NCBI GenBank assembly: GCA_036785375.1
Contig: JAWMAR010001141.1
Location: 310,001 to 363,823, forward strand
Origin: Leucoraja ocellata
Lineage: Eukaryota
Direction: 5' to 3'
Length of the DNA: 53,823 nucleotides
Positions 11,262 through 23,634 of the stretch are shown here, in pieces (the stretch's first letter is position 1; every line of letters begins with the position of its first letter). The notes below the pieces were generated by a model that saw only the letters and a program-made list of their open reading frames with translations, was not told where the DNA came from and did not search any database. Position numbers and translations under genes: made by a program.

Positions 11262-11650
11262 AGGTACACAAAAATGGTGGAGAAACTCAGCGGCTGCAGC
11301 AGCATCTATGGAGCGAAGGAAATAGGCAACGTTTCGGGCCGAAACCCTTCTTCAGACTGATAGGGGGTGGCGGGGAGAAGGAAGGAAAAAGGAGGAGGAG
11401 AAGCCCGAGGGCTGAGGGAAGGGGAGGAGACAGCAAGGGCTGACAAAATTGGAAGAATTCGATGTTCATGCCCGCAGGATGCAGACTCCCCAGGCGAAAT
11501 ATGAGGTGCTGTTCCTCCAATTTCCGGTGTTGCTCACTCTGGCAATGGAGGAGACCCAGGACAGAGAGGTCGGAATGGGAATGGGAGGGAGAGTTGAAGT
11601 GTTGAGCCACGGGAGGTCAGGTAGGTTCTTGCGGACCGAGCGAAGGTGTT
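11262..11650 (-). mobile_element. 5'-truncated Penelope-like element (GIY-YIG C-terminus plus terminal repeat), copies near 23806-24193 and 36534-36930
   Basis: VAQHFNSPSHSHSDLSVLGLLHCQSEQHRKLEEQHLIFRLGSLHPAGMNIEF followed by a ctgaaga..gaaacgt motif. Confidence 0.85.
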
Positions 11651-14600
11651 TAATAAAAGTTAGATTTAGTTCTGTTTAGTCAGTTAAATTTAGTTCTGAT
11701 TAGTTTAGTAAACAGGTCCTTCGGCCCACCGAGTCCATGCCGATCAGCAATCCTTGCACATTAACACTATCCTACACACACTAGGGACAGTTTTTTTACT
11801 TTTACCAAGCCAATTTACCTACATACCTGTACGTCTGGAGTGTAAAATAAAAGTAATCCAATTTTCATTGACTGATGTATATAGTCCAGCCTTTTATTTT
11901 TTTATTTTTTACTTTTGGAGATAATTGTGGAAAGAGGCCCTTTGTCCCACTAAGTCCGCACCGACCAGCGATGACCCCGCACACTAGCACCATTCTACAC
12001 TCTAGAAACAGTTTACAATTTTTCTTACCAAAGGATTCAACCAACAAACCTGTACGTCTTTGGGATGTGGGAGGAAACCGGAGCACCCGGAGGAAACCCA
12101 TGCAGTCGCAGGGAGAATGTACAAACTCTGCACGGACAGCACCCATAGTCGGGATTGAATCTAGGTCTCTGGCGCTGTGAGAGGGGGCGGGCGTCTTTAA
12201 TCTGTCTGGGGTGACATGGCTCTTGGGTTAGGCTGGGATCATTCTCTGCGGGATGATCTTAGTGCGGGAGACAAGTGTAGGACAGGTGTACTGACTGTGG
12301 GCAGCCACTTTGGAAGTGATTGCCCACCAGTCTCAAAAGCCGCTGTGTCTCCCTGTCCCTGGGATTAGCAGGGGGTGACCAAACAGCACAATATTCCCCT
12401 CCCGCTCCATGCCAACACGAAGGGCAACGATCCCAAGGCTTTAGCGTCAGGAACAGCGGGCAGGTGACAAAGAGTGGTGAATCTCTGGAATTCTGTGCCA
12501 CAGGAGGTTGTTGAGGCCAGTTCATTGGCTATATTTAAAAGGGAGTTAGATGTGGCCCTTGTGGCTAAAGATATCATGGGGTATGGAGAGATGGCAGGCA
12601 CAGGATACTGAGTTGGATGATCAGCCATGATCATATTGAATGGCGGTGCAGGCTCGAAGGGCCGAATGGCCTACTCCTGCACCTATTTTCTATGTTTCTT
12701 TTCTTTTTTTTTTTAAAACAATTTTTAATTTTTTTAATTTTTTTTTGTTATTTTTAAAAATAGATAGAAATAAAAGAAGTAAGGAAAGTGAGCAAGAATC
12801 GTGAAGGTGCAGGAAAGTGTTGGGAAAAGAAAGCCCCTTAGGGAAGAAGTTAGAGAAGGAAGTAAAGAAAGGAAATAAGACCCTAAAAAGAAAAGAAAGA
12901 AAAGGAAAAACAATCGCTCTATTGTAACACAAAACTCGCAAGAAAGGATATACCAACCGTGTTTTTTTTTTTTTAATGTATTTTATACCCCCCGTTACCA
13001 GATCCTGGTATTATTTATATTTTAAATTATTATTGCACCTTATGCTATGTTTCTATGAAGGAACTGCAGATGCTCGTTAAAACCGAAGATTGACTCAAAA
13101 ACCTAGAGTTATTCATTGGGTGAGGCAGCATCTTTGGAGTAAAGAAATAGGTGATGTTTTGAGTCAAGACCTTTCTTCAGACAAAGTTAGGGGAAAGGGA
13201 AACAAGGGTAACAAGGGAAACAAGTATCTTACCTAGAGCAGGGGAATCAAGACCCAGGGGACAAGGCTTCAGGTGAAAGGGGAAATATTTCATAGGATCC
13301 TGAGGGGCATCATTTTTTTACACAGTGAGTTGTGGGTGTATGGAATGAGCTAACTGATGAGGTAGTTGAGGCAGGTGCTACAAAAACATTTTAAAGGCAT
13401 TTGGACAGTTACATGAATTGGACTAGTTTAGTAGGAGATGGACCAAACGCTGGCAGGAGGAACTAGAGTAGATGGGGCATCTTAGTTGACGTGATATGAC
13501 AATCAAGCACACTAAACGCTTGCGTTTAACAATACAATACAAAACAATACAAAATCGACCAAATGTCCTCGACATGGATTCAGTTCCAGTGCGTAAAAAA
13601 ATTTATGAGAAGAATATACCTTGTACTATATTTGTTTTGAGTACTGTTGATATCAATCTTGTAATTGGAGATAGTGTGGTTGTCATTGGTTCTGTTATTA
13701 AAATGTATGTTATTGTTAATGTTTAATGTTTTAGGTGTCACTCCTAATGTCACTGTATGTCACATTGCACTTGTGGGCAGAGCACCAAGGCAAAATCCTT
13801 GTATGTGAATACTTGGTCAATAAACCTATTCATTCATCATTCATTCATCATTCCTTCATAAATTTATTCAAGTTCTGTTGAGGCAAGGAAATAAAATTAA
13901 GTCTCACCTGTTTTCACATGCAGTGACTAAAGAGAACAAGATTGTCAGATGGAACCCATTGCTTTGAGTAAAGTGCCAATTAGTTTGAGAGATACGGTGA
14001 CTTTCCTTCAGTGGAATTGGACGTCTTAGTTGAGTTTAGTTTAGAGATACAGCATGGAAACAGGACCTTTGGCCCACCTAGTTGACGCCAACCAGCTATC
14101 TCCTCCGCACACAAGCACTATCCTGCATACACTAGGGTCAATTTACAATTTTACCAAAGCCAATTAACCTACAAACCTGCACGTCTTTGGAGTGTGGGAA
14201 GAAACCAAAGATCTCAGAGAAAACCCATTTGGTCATGGGGAGAACATACAAACTCCGTACAGACAGCACCCGTATCGAACCCGCGTCCCTGGCGCTGAAA
14301 TGAAGGCAGCAACACCACCGCTGTACACCCGTGCCGCCCTATGTATCATTTATATTTTTGTGTGTCTACGTGTATGTGATGTTGCCACAAGCGCGATTTT
14401 CATTGTATCTGCACCTCACCATACGTGCACATAAGAATGACAGACTTGACTTGAAAACAGCTCAGCAAAGTATATTACAGTGATGATCTCATGAGAAAAA
14501 ATCCTTCCAGAACATTTGATCTGGGATGTCATAGCTTATAGTTTCCCTCTTCTAAATATTCTTCACAGTTAAAAGCATGAGGCATTTCCAGGATTGAATC

Positions 14601-14999
14601 CAATTTATTCCACATAACTGCAATGTCATGCTACACAACACAAAATAATAAGTCATTGCTATAAAGGCTAGCAACATTGTTTAAATGGCACCTTTACTGA
14701 GTGAATATTGTGTAAACTAAGTTAATAATTTTAGCAGAAGAAGCATTAATTCTGTGCAGTCTATTATGAAAGCAAAATGAAAAACACTTTATCAATGCCC
14801 TTTATGGGCGACTATTTGCATACCTTGGGTTAGCAAGCAAAGAATTTCACTGTGACTTGTCACACGTGACAATAAAGTATTAATTAATTAATTTATTAAT
14901 TAATTTATTAATTAATTCATTCAAAATAATAATGATCATTTGGTCTTGTTGGAGAGCTGTTTCTCAGTCACTATCACCAGTGGATCTTCATTCTGCCTT

Positions 15000-15035
15000 C
15001 TACGGCAAGCTGTGAGGTTTTGGTTCAATGGGTCC
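15000..15035 (-). CDS. Gene B exon 5, short tail
   Basis: GPIEPKPHSLP* after a poly-T-gcag acceptor. Confidence 0.7.
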   Translation of the reverse strand, partial: GPIEPKPHSLP

Positions 15036-18000
15036 CTGCAAAAAAAAAACTTAGAAGTCATCAGATAATTGACTCTGGGAATTGTGCTGTATTTCACAAT
15101 GCCACTAACAACAGAATTCTGCTTCCAATTGGCACAGTGATGCAGCTGATAGAGCTGCTGCCTCCCAGCGTCCAAGAATTTGCTTGGATTTTGACTTTGA
15201 TGCTATCTGTGTGGAGTTTGCATGTTCTCGCTGTGTCCATGTGGGTTTCCTCCGCGAGCTCCGGTTTCCTCCCACCTCCCAAAGACTTGTGGGTTTACAG
15301 GTTAATTGGCCAGTGTGAATTTCCCCTAGTGTGTTGGGAGTTGGGATGAGAGAATGGGATAACATCGAACTAATGCGTACAGGTGATCAATGGCCTGATC
15401 GGCACAAAGTGCTGGAGTAACCCAGCGAGTCTGGCGCGATCTCTGGAGAAAAAGAATGGGTGATATTTCTGGTCGGGACCCTTCTTCAAACTGAAAGTAG
15501 AGGAGAGGGAACTGGGTTCAGATGAGATGGTCTGCGTTTGTTACAGTGGGTCAAAGGGCCTGTTTCCCAGTTGTTTTTCTCTGATTCAATGACACTACAA
15601 CATCTACATCAAACACTTAATTTCATTCTGAGCACAAACATCTTGTCAAGACCAATTGATATCATCTTCGTAGAGCATTGGTTTGGCCTATATTTGTGAA
15701 GTACTTTATCTAAACGCTTTCCGTTTGTTTAATTTTATCAGCATGTTTGAAGGTGTTAATGGACATCATTTGGAAGCATTCAGCGATTCTGATGATCTCC
15801 GCAAAACATACCTTCCTTATACTTGTGAACAATGAGACTGAGATACTGCAGATCCCAAGCAGAGCGAAGTACAGCCAGCGTCCCACATTCCATATCATGT
15901 AACTGAGCAAAAGGGGAAAGATACAGAATCAGTAGGAGGAAACAGACTAGTTCGTGTTGGAAACATTCATAGCCTGATTGTTGTGAAATCTCTGCATGGA
16001 GCAGGGTACAGCAACAGAGCCCAGGGAGTTCAGCTGGGAAATTCCACCATCCAGGATCTCAAACTGAATCCTCACCTATCCATGTTCTTCAGAGATGCTG
16101 CCTGACTCGCTGAGTTACTCCAGCATTTTGTGTCTAGCGTTGATAAAGTTAGATAAGAAAAGATGGGAGAAGTGACGAGTAGTATGTAAACACCAACATG
16201 GGATCAGTTCAGTTGATCTTTTCTGTGCCTTAAATCCTATGTGATCAGATGCAAGTCTGATGAAACAAAGTTGGAACATCTCCAATGAGGTAGATGGGAG
16301 GTCAGGATCGCTGGTGAGGGGATGATTCAGTTGCCTGATAACCGTTGGGAAGAAAATGTCCCTGACTCTGCAGGTGTGCGTTTTCAAACCTCAACTCTAC
16401 CGCTGTACCACCATGCCACCCTCGACAACCTAGAGTTACTCCAGTACTTTATGTTGTACTCAAGGTTCCAGCATCCAGCCAGGTTAATTCCCGGGATAGC
16501 GGGACTGTCATATAATGAAAGAATGGAGCGACTGGGCTTGTAGTCACTGGAATTTATAAGGATGAGAGGGTATCTTATAGACACATATAAAATTATTAAG
16601 GGATTGGGCACGTGAGATGCAGGAAACATGTTCCCGATGTTGGGGGAGTCCAGAACCAGGGGCCACAGTTTAAGAATAAGGGGTAGGCCATTTAGAACTG
16701 AGACGAGGAAAACCTTTTCACCCAGAGAGGTGTGAATCTGTGGAATTCTTTGCCTCAGAAGGCAGTGCAGGCCGATTCACTGGATACATTCAAAAGAGAG
16801 TTAGATAGAGTTTTTAGGGCTAGCGGAATCAAGGGATATGGGGACAAGGCAGGAACGGGGTACTGATTGTGGATGGTCAACCATGATCACATTGAATGGC
16901 GGTGCTGGCTCGAAGGGCAGAATGGCCTCCTCCTGCACTATTGTCGATCTATCTATGTATCTATGTATGGATCAACAGTTCCTTGTGTCTCCACCTCTCA
17001 TATTGAAAACAAGGCCAATCAAAACTTGAGCAAGTGAAAATTATACCTGTTAGAGAAACTGGTCGCACGATCATTGTTTTCGGATGTTACATTTGTAGTT
17101 GAAGTAAATGCTACTGTTGTTGTAGACGATCCAGGATTAGATTCGGGTTCTGTTGAGAAAAGGAAATAAAAGAATTAAAGATAGACAAAATATGCTGGAG
17201 TAACTCATCGGGACAGGCAGCATGTCTGGAGAGAAGGAATGGGTGAAGTTTAGAATAGAAACATAGAAATTACGTGCAGGAGTAGGCCATTCGGCCCTTC
17301 GAGACTGCACCGCCATTCAATATGATCATGGCTGATCATCCAACTCAGTATCCCGTACCTGCCTTCTCTCCATACCCCCTGATCCCCTTAGCCACAAGGG
17401 CCACATCTAACTCCCTCTTAAATATAGCCAATGAACTGGCCTCAACTGCCCTCTGTGGCAGAGAGTTCCAGAGATTCACCACTCTCTGTGTGAAAAAAGT
17501 TCTTTTCATCTCGGTTTTAAAGGATTTCCCCCTTATCCTTAAGCTGTGACCCCTTGTCCTGAACTTCCCTAACATCGGGAACAATCTTCCTGCATCTAGC
17601 CTGTCCAACCCCTTAAGAATTTTGTAAGTTTCTATAAGATCCCCTCTCAATCTCCTAAATTCTAGAGAGTATAAACCAAGTCTATCCAGTCTTTCGTCAT
17701 TCGGGTCTGAGGATGGGTCTCGGGCCGAAACGTCACCCATTCCTTCCCACCAGAGACGCTGCCTGTCCCGCTGAGATACTCCAACATTTCAAGTTCATGT
17801 TCGCATATTGTCACGTGCACCAATTAAGGTACAGTGGTATTTGAGTTATCATACAGCCACAAGTTTAAAAACATAACGCAATACACAATAGTTCTAACAT
17901 AAACATCCACCACAGTGGAATCATCATTCCTCACTGTGATGGAAGGCAACAAGGTTCAGTCATCTTCCTCCTTTGTTTACCCGTGGTGGTCGGGGCCTTG

Positions 18001-21000
18001 AACCCTCAGCACTGCCACTGCCGACGGCCCGATGTTCAAGCCCTCTCGTCGGGATGATGGAGGCTCCGGCGTCGGGGAGGAACGGAAACACTCCGCGGCT
18101 TCACGGTATTAAAGTCCACAAGCCCCGCGGTTGGAGAGCTTCCACAGCGATTCTCAGCAAAGGATCACAGCTCCGCAATGTTAAAGTCCGCGTCGCCCTT
18201 GCGGCGAAGATCCAGGCCAGTCTCCAGGAAAGGCCGCATCCATCCAGTTGTTAGTCCGCGGGGAGGGGACGGAGACGTGACACCGGGAAAGATCACATCT
18301 CTGTTGCGGTAAGTGACTGAAAACGGTTTCGCCCTCCCCTCACCCCCCCCCCCCCCCCCCTCACCCCCCCTCCCCTCCCCTCACCCCCCACATTAAAAAA
18401 CACAGAGAGACATTAAAACATACATTTTAGACAGACTGAAAATAACAAAAAAGTCGAAATAACACACAGGCTGCTGGCGAGGCTGCCATCTCGGCGCCAC
18501 CCAGTGACGCATCTATCTGCTCTATAGATTTTGTGTCTATGTTCGATTAAAACAGCATCTGCAGTTCTTTCCAACACAATAAAAGACATTTCCCTGTTTG
18601 CCGTTTCATCATTATTCAAGATCCAGGGGCATCATCTGCACACTCCCAGGAGGGGTAAGAACAGAATTCGGCCAAACAGCAAAGATCCCGGCACTGATCC
18701 CTATGGTGCATCATTAAGGGCGGCACGGTGGCGCAGTTGTAGAATTACTACCTTACAGCGCCAGGGACCCGGGTTCGATCATGACCACGGGTACTTGTCT
18801 GTCTGTCTGGAGTTTGTACATTCTCCCCCTGACCTGCGTGAGTTTTCGCTGAAAACTTCGGTTTCCCCCCACACTCCAAAGACGTACAGGTTTACAGGTT
18901 AATTGGCTTGGTATAAATGTAAAACGTACCGTCAGATACTTGGAGCTGAACGTTAAACATTGGATCCAAGCCAGATGCATCAATTCCACAGCTGTACCGT
19001 CCTGTATCGTAAGAGTGAAGATCCTCCACAGTCACAGTAAATATTGCTCGTGCCGGGTTATCTGTGATTGACCATCTTCCACGTCTGTGTTGCCCATTTG
19101 TTTTCACTACATCTGAACACGAGCGAGTCCACCCATGACACCAGTATTTTGTGTGTGAACGGTACCATGTTCCATAGTGACAATCGATTGTGATATATTT
19201 CCCCACAACTCCTCTTACAGGTGTCTTTGCCGTCAGAGCACCTGAAACTGAGAAGAAAAATCATCAGAACATGTACAGGACAAATCTACTTAACACAGCG
19301 TTTGTTGTCCCATCCACTCTTCCCCTAATCAACGATGGGCCGAATGGTCCAACCCGTGTGTGGACATTCACTTACCCTTGAGCCAAGCACAAAGTGCCCG
19401 TGTAACTCAGCAGATCTGGCAGCATCTGTGGAGGGAATGGACACGTGACGTGTCGGGTTGGGACCCTGCTTCAGACTGATTAAAGTAGGGTGGGGAAAGC
19501 TGGAAGAGAGGTGGAGATGGGATAAAGCCTGGCAAGTGACAGGTGGAAGGTAGACACAAATTGCTGGAGTAACTCAGCGGGACAGGCAGCATAACAAGTG
19601 TTTGGTGGATACAGATGAGGGGGAAATTTTGACTGGTTCACGAGTGGACAAAAACTGGAGGTGAAAAGCGGTCAAAAGGTTGTCAGATAAGGACGGAAGA
19701 GAACCGAAATGTAAAGACAGAGGGAGGGGTATATTTGGTAGGGGACAGGGTGAAAGGGAGGAAGAGGCATGGATTAAATGGTGCACAGGAAAGTGAGAGA
19801 GGGTAGGGGGGTGTGCAACGTAAAATTGGAGAATTTAATGATCATAAGATATTTTTCTATTGATTGAATTGATTGAAAAATACAGCATGGAAAGACGCCC
19901 TTTGGCCCACCGAGTCCTCTTCACACTAAAGATAGACACAAGGTGCTGGAGTAACTCAGCGGGTCAGGCAGCATGTCTGGAGAAATAGAATGCGTGATGT
20001 TTCGGGATTGGGACTTTTCTTCAGACACCCTTCTAAGTTACTCCAGCACTTTGTTTCTATCTTTGGTACAAACCAGCACCTGCAGTTCTTTGGCCCTAAC
20101 TGTTTACACTAGTTGGGCAGCACAGTAGCACAGCAGAAGAGTGGCTGCCTTACAGCGCCAAGGACCCGGGTTTGATCCTGACTATGGATGCTGCCTGTAC
20201 AGAATTTGTACGTTCTCCCTGTGACCGCATGGGTTTCCTCTGTGTGTTCCAGTTTCCTCCCACAATCCAAACATGAGTAGGTTTGTAAGTTAATTGGCTT
20301 CTGTAAATTACCCCAAGGGTGTAGGATAGAACTGGTGCACGGGTAATCGTTGGTCGGCTTGGACATTGTGGGCCGAAGGGCCTGTTCAAGGCTGTATCTC
20401 TAAAACTAACTAATTGTCTTATTGCATTTAATGAGCTGTGAGAATATTCCCCAAGGTCCTTCTGTTCGTCCACACTCCCTCAACATCCATATATTAATGT
20501 CTTTATTTAGACCTCTTTGTCAAATGTAATTCCTCTCACTTCTCTGGATTAAACTGGCTTTGCCACTTTTCTGCCCTACTGGTTTGTTCATCCATATACG
20601 CCCTGGGGTCAAAAGCCTTCTCCTCCCTGTCAACCATCCAGCTGACCTTTGTCTCATCTGCAGAGGACTTCACCACGCCCCCTACATTTATCTACATAGA
20701 TGATTCTTGCTATTGAGGGAGTGCAGCGTAGGTTTACAAGGTTAATTCCTGGGATGGCGGGACTGTCATATGCTGAGAGAATGGAGCAGCTGGGCTTGTA
20801 CACTCTGGAACTTAGGATGAGAGGGGATCTTATTGAAACATGTAAGATTATTAAGGGTTTGGACACACTAGAGACAGGAAACATGTTCCCGATGTTGGGG
20901 GAGTCCAGAACCAGGGGCCACAGTTTAAGAATAAGGGGTAAGCCATTTAGAACGGAGACAAGGAAACACTGAGAGTTGTGAGTATGTGGAATTCTCTGCC

Positions 21001-23634
21001 CATTCTCTGGAAACTTGCAAGAGAGAGCTAGATAGGGCTCTTAAAGATAATAGGTAGGGGATATGGGGAGAAGGCAGGAAAGGGGTACTGATTGGGGATG
21101 ATCAAGCATGATCGCATTCAATAAACAATAGACAATAGGTGCAGGAGTAGGGCATTTGGCCCTTCGAGCCAGCACCGCCATTCAATGTGATCATGGCTGA
21201 TCATCTCCGTTCTAAATGGCTTACCCCTTATTCCTAAACTGTGGCTCCTGGTTCTGGACTCCCCCAACATCGGAAACATGTTTCCTGACTCTAGCGTGTC
21301 CAAACCCTTAATAATCTTAAAATAATTTTACAATAATCTTACAATAATCTTACATGGCAGTGCTGGCTCGAAGGGCCGAATGGCTTACTCCTGTACCTAT
21401 TGTCTATTGATGAGTACTGAGGCTTGTGCATCCCTACAACAACCTTATCCTCCAAATGCACGTATATCGTTGGCCTGTTTTATGGAGGGTAAACCTTATT
21501 TGCCATCTTTCCCATTTATAAACAAGGAAATAGTCACCTACACTTCACGCTGCCTTGCAAGGCCACCAGCATAATCATGGAGCACTTTCATCCCAGTCAC
21601 TCCTTCTTTACCTGTCTACCATTAGGCACGAGGGTCAGAAGTTTGAACCCAATGCTCTAGATTCAGAGACAGTTTTCTTCCCAACTGTCTTCAGGCAACT
21701 GACCCATCCTCTCACTAGCTAGAGCGCAGTCCTGACCTCCTATTTACCCCCTTGAACGATCAATAATTGGACTTCATTGGACTAAACTAAACTAAACTAG
21801 TATAGCAATGATCCTAGATTACCGGAAATGATCTAGTGAATGAAGACAGTCAATGTTGGCCTTCATCTGCATCTGAGCATCAGTGATAACATTGAAAAAA
21901 AAAATTAACTTGGTAACAATAAATTATTAATATTGCATGCTGATGACTTTGACAAATATACATAGTTGACATCCAAGAACAAGAAGGAAATGGCTACATT
22001 GCAAGAGCAACCCACAGCCCAAGAGGAACTGGACGTCAAACAATATCTGAACTTTAAATAAGAGGAAGTGTTGTAAAATGGAGACAATTGTTTTGGCATT
22101 ATTGCTTGGCTGCTGTTAGTGAGTGCAAGCAAGCAATAAAACAATGTTTCATGAATAGAAAGGGTCCCTTTGCACTTTGACACTGTTAGTTTATTTTAGT
22201 TTAGTTTAAGATGGAGCATGGAAACTGGCCCTTCGGCCCAACTTGTCCGTGCTGACCTAGTATCTTGTACACTAGGGACAATTTACATAGTCCATATTCC
22301 CTATTTATAGAGGCCAATTAACCTACAAACACATGTGTCTTTGGGGTGTGGGAGGAAACCAGAGGACTGGGAAAAAACCCATGCGGTCACAGGGAGAAGG
22401 TACTAACTCCATACAGACAGGTCCCTTAGTCAGGATCGAACCCAGATCTCTGGTACTGTAATGCACCGCTGTGCCACTGTCCCAGTCACTTGTAATTGTC
22501 TCTGTTTTTCATTCACAGTCGCTTTGTGCTGTCAGATACATTGGCGGCCATGATTTATGTGTGGCACAGTGATGGAGACAGGAGGAGATTGGAAGACCAC
22601 ACTCTAATATTGAGACAAAAGAGATTGCAGATGCTGGAATCTGGAACAACAAACAGCACACTGGAAGGACTCAGTGGGTCATGGAGGTTTGAAGGCAAAA
22701 AAGTGTAAGTCGTTCTTTCAGATCGAGACCCTGCATCAGGACTGAGAGGGGACAGAGTTGTTTGGCAACATATAGATGTACTAATGGGTTGGAGGGTTGG
22801 GGCTGGTTGAGGAAGATGGAACTGGATGAAGAGGATGTGTTTGATAGAGAATACACAAGCAGAACACAAGATGTTGATTGATAGTTCAAAACTCAATGGT
22901 ACAAACATTACATTTTCCAATTTTGGGTAATTCACACCCTCTGGTGTTCTCCTCCCACACAAGCCCACCTGCCGATCCTGATTCAACCTTTCCTGCCTCC
23001 CTTGCTCAGTCCCGATACAGGGTCCTCTTCACGTACACAGATGCTGGCTGACCCGCTGAGTTCCTCTTTCTTGATCCACGCCCCAATATTGTTCAGTTAT
23101 CTTTACATCTGCAAGCATTTAATTATCTCCACTGCAGAAATGGTGCACAAGACCCAGATACATTCTGATCACCAAAATGAATATCAAAATAAAACTACGG
23201 AGGTTAACAAAATCTAACACGAAACCAAAAAAATAATCAGGTGGTCAGGGCGCATCTGTGGGGAGAGATAGAGTTAGGTTTTAGGTCGAAGGATCTCTGA
23301 TCTGAAAGGGTAACTCTTTTTCTTGGCACACCTGCTAAGTATTTCCAGCATATGTAAAGGAAGGAACTGCAGATGCTGGTTTACACCGAAGATAGACACA
23401 AAATGCTGGAGTAACTCAGAGGGACAGGCAGCATCACTGGATAGAAGGTATGGGTGACATTTCGGGTCGAGACTTTTCTTCAGCCTGTCCCGCTGAGTTA
23501 CTCCAGCACGTTGTGACTATCTCGTACTTCCCGTAGAGTCTGGTCACATGACCGTCCAAATCAAGCTGTTACTTACCGGGCAGGGAATACATGAGTAGCA
23601 TTGGAATCCACATAGTTTTATCCAAGGAGACCAT
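15000..23634 (-). CDS. CD300/pIgR-like (MDIR-like) single-V activating-type receptor, gene B (~201 aa)
   Basis: complement(join(15000..15035,15812..15902,17047..17149,18930..19247,23577..23634)) = 606 nt, open, splice sites intact. Confidence 0.88.
15812..15902 (-). CDS. Gene B exon 4, transmembrane with Arg
   Basis: YMIWNVGRWLYFALLGICSISVSLFTSIRK. Confidence 0.88.
17047..17149 (-). CDS. Gene B exon 3, stalk
   Basis: EPESNPGSSTTTVAFTSTTNVTSENNDRATSFSN, 103 nt. Confidence 0.85.
18930..19247 (-). CDS. Gene B exon 2, V-type Ig domain
   Basis: VSGALTAKTP..IDCHYGTWYRSHTKYWCHGWTRSC..DTGRYSC, 318 nt. Confidence 0.95.
20115..20410 (+). mobile_element. Full-length V-SINE (also 33086-33381, truncated by deletion in unit A at ~8318)
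   Basis: tRNA-like head, V core and tail ggccgaagggcctg..tgtatctctaaa. Confidence 0.8.
20698..21400. mobile_element. CR1 3' fragment with an internal inverted CR1 piece (also ~8320-8860 and ~33669-34385)
   Basis: The plus strand encodes ILAIEGVQRRFTRLIPGMAGLSYAER, and a reverse-oriented copy lies at ~21120-21320. Confidence 0.8.
23577..23634 (-). CDS. Gene B exon 1, signal peptide
   Basis: MVSLDKTMWIPMLLMYSLP, donor G|gtaagt. Confidence 0.85.

Larger units (their letters stand above)
1..12181. repeat. Tandem segmental duplication unit A (truncated by the window start)
   Basis: Position 1 matches 12340 and 24883. Colinear and highly similar to units B and C throughout. Confidence 0.95.
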
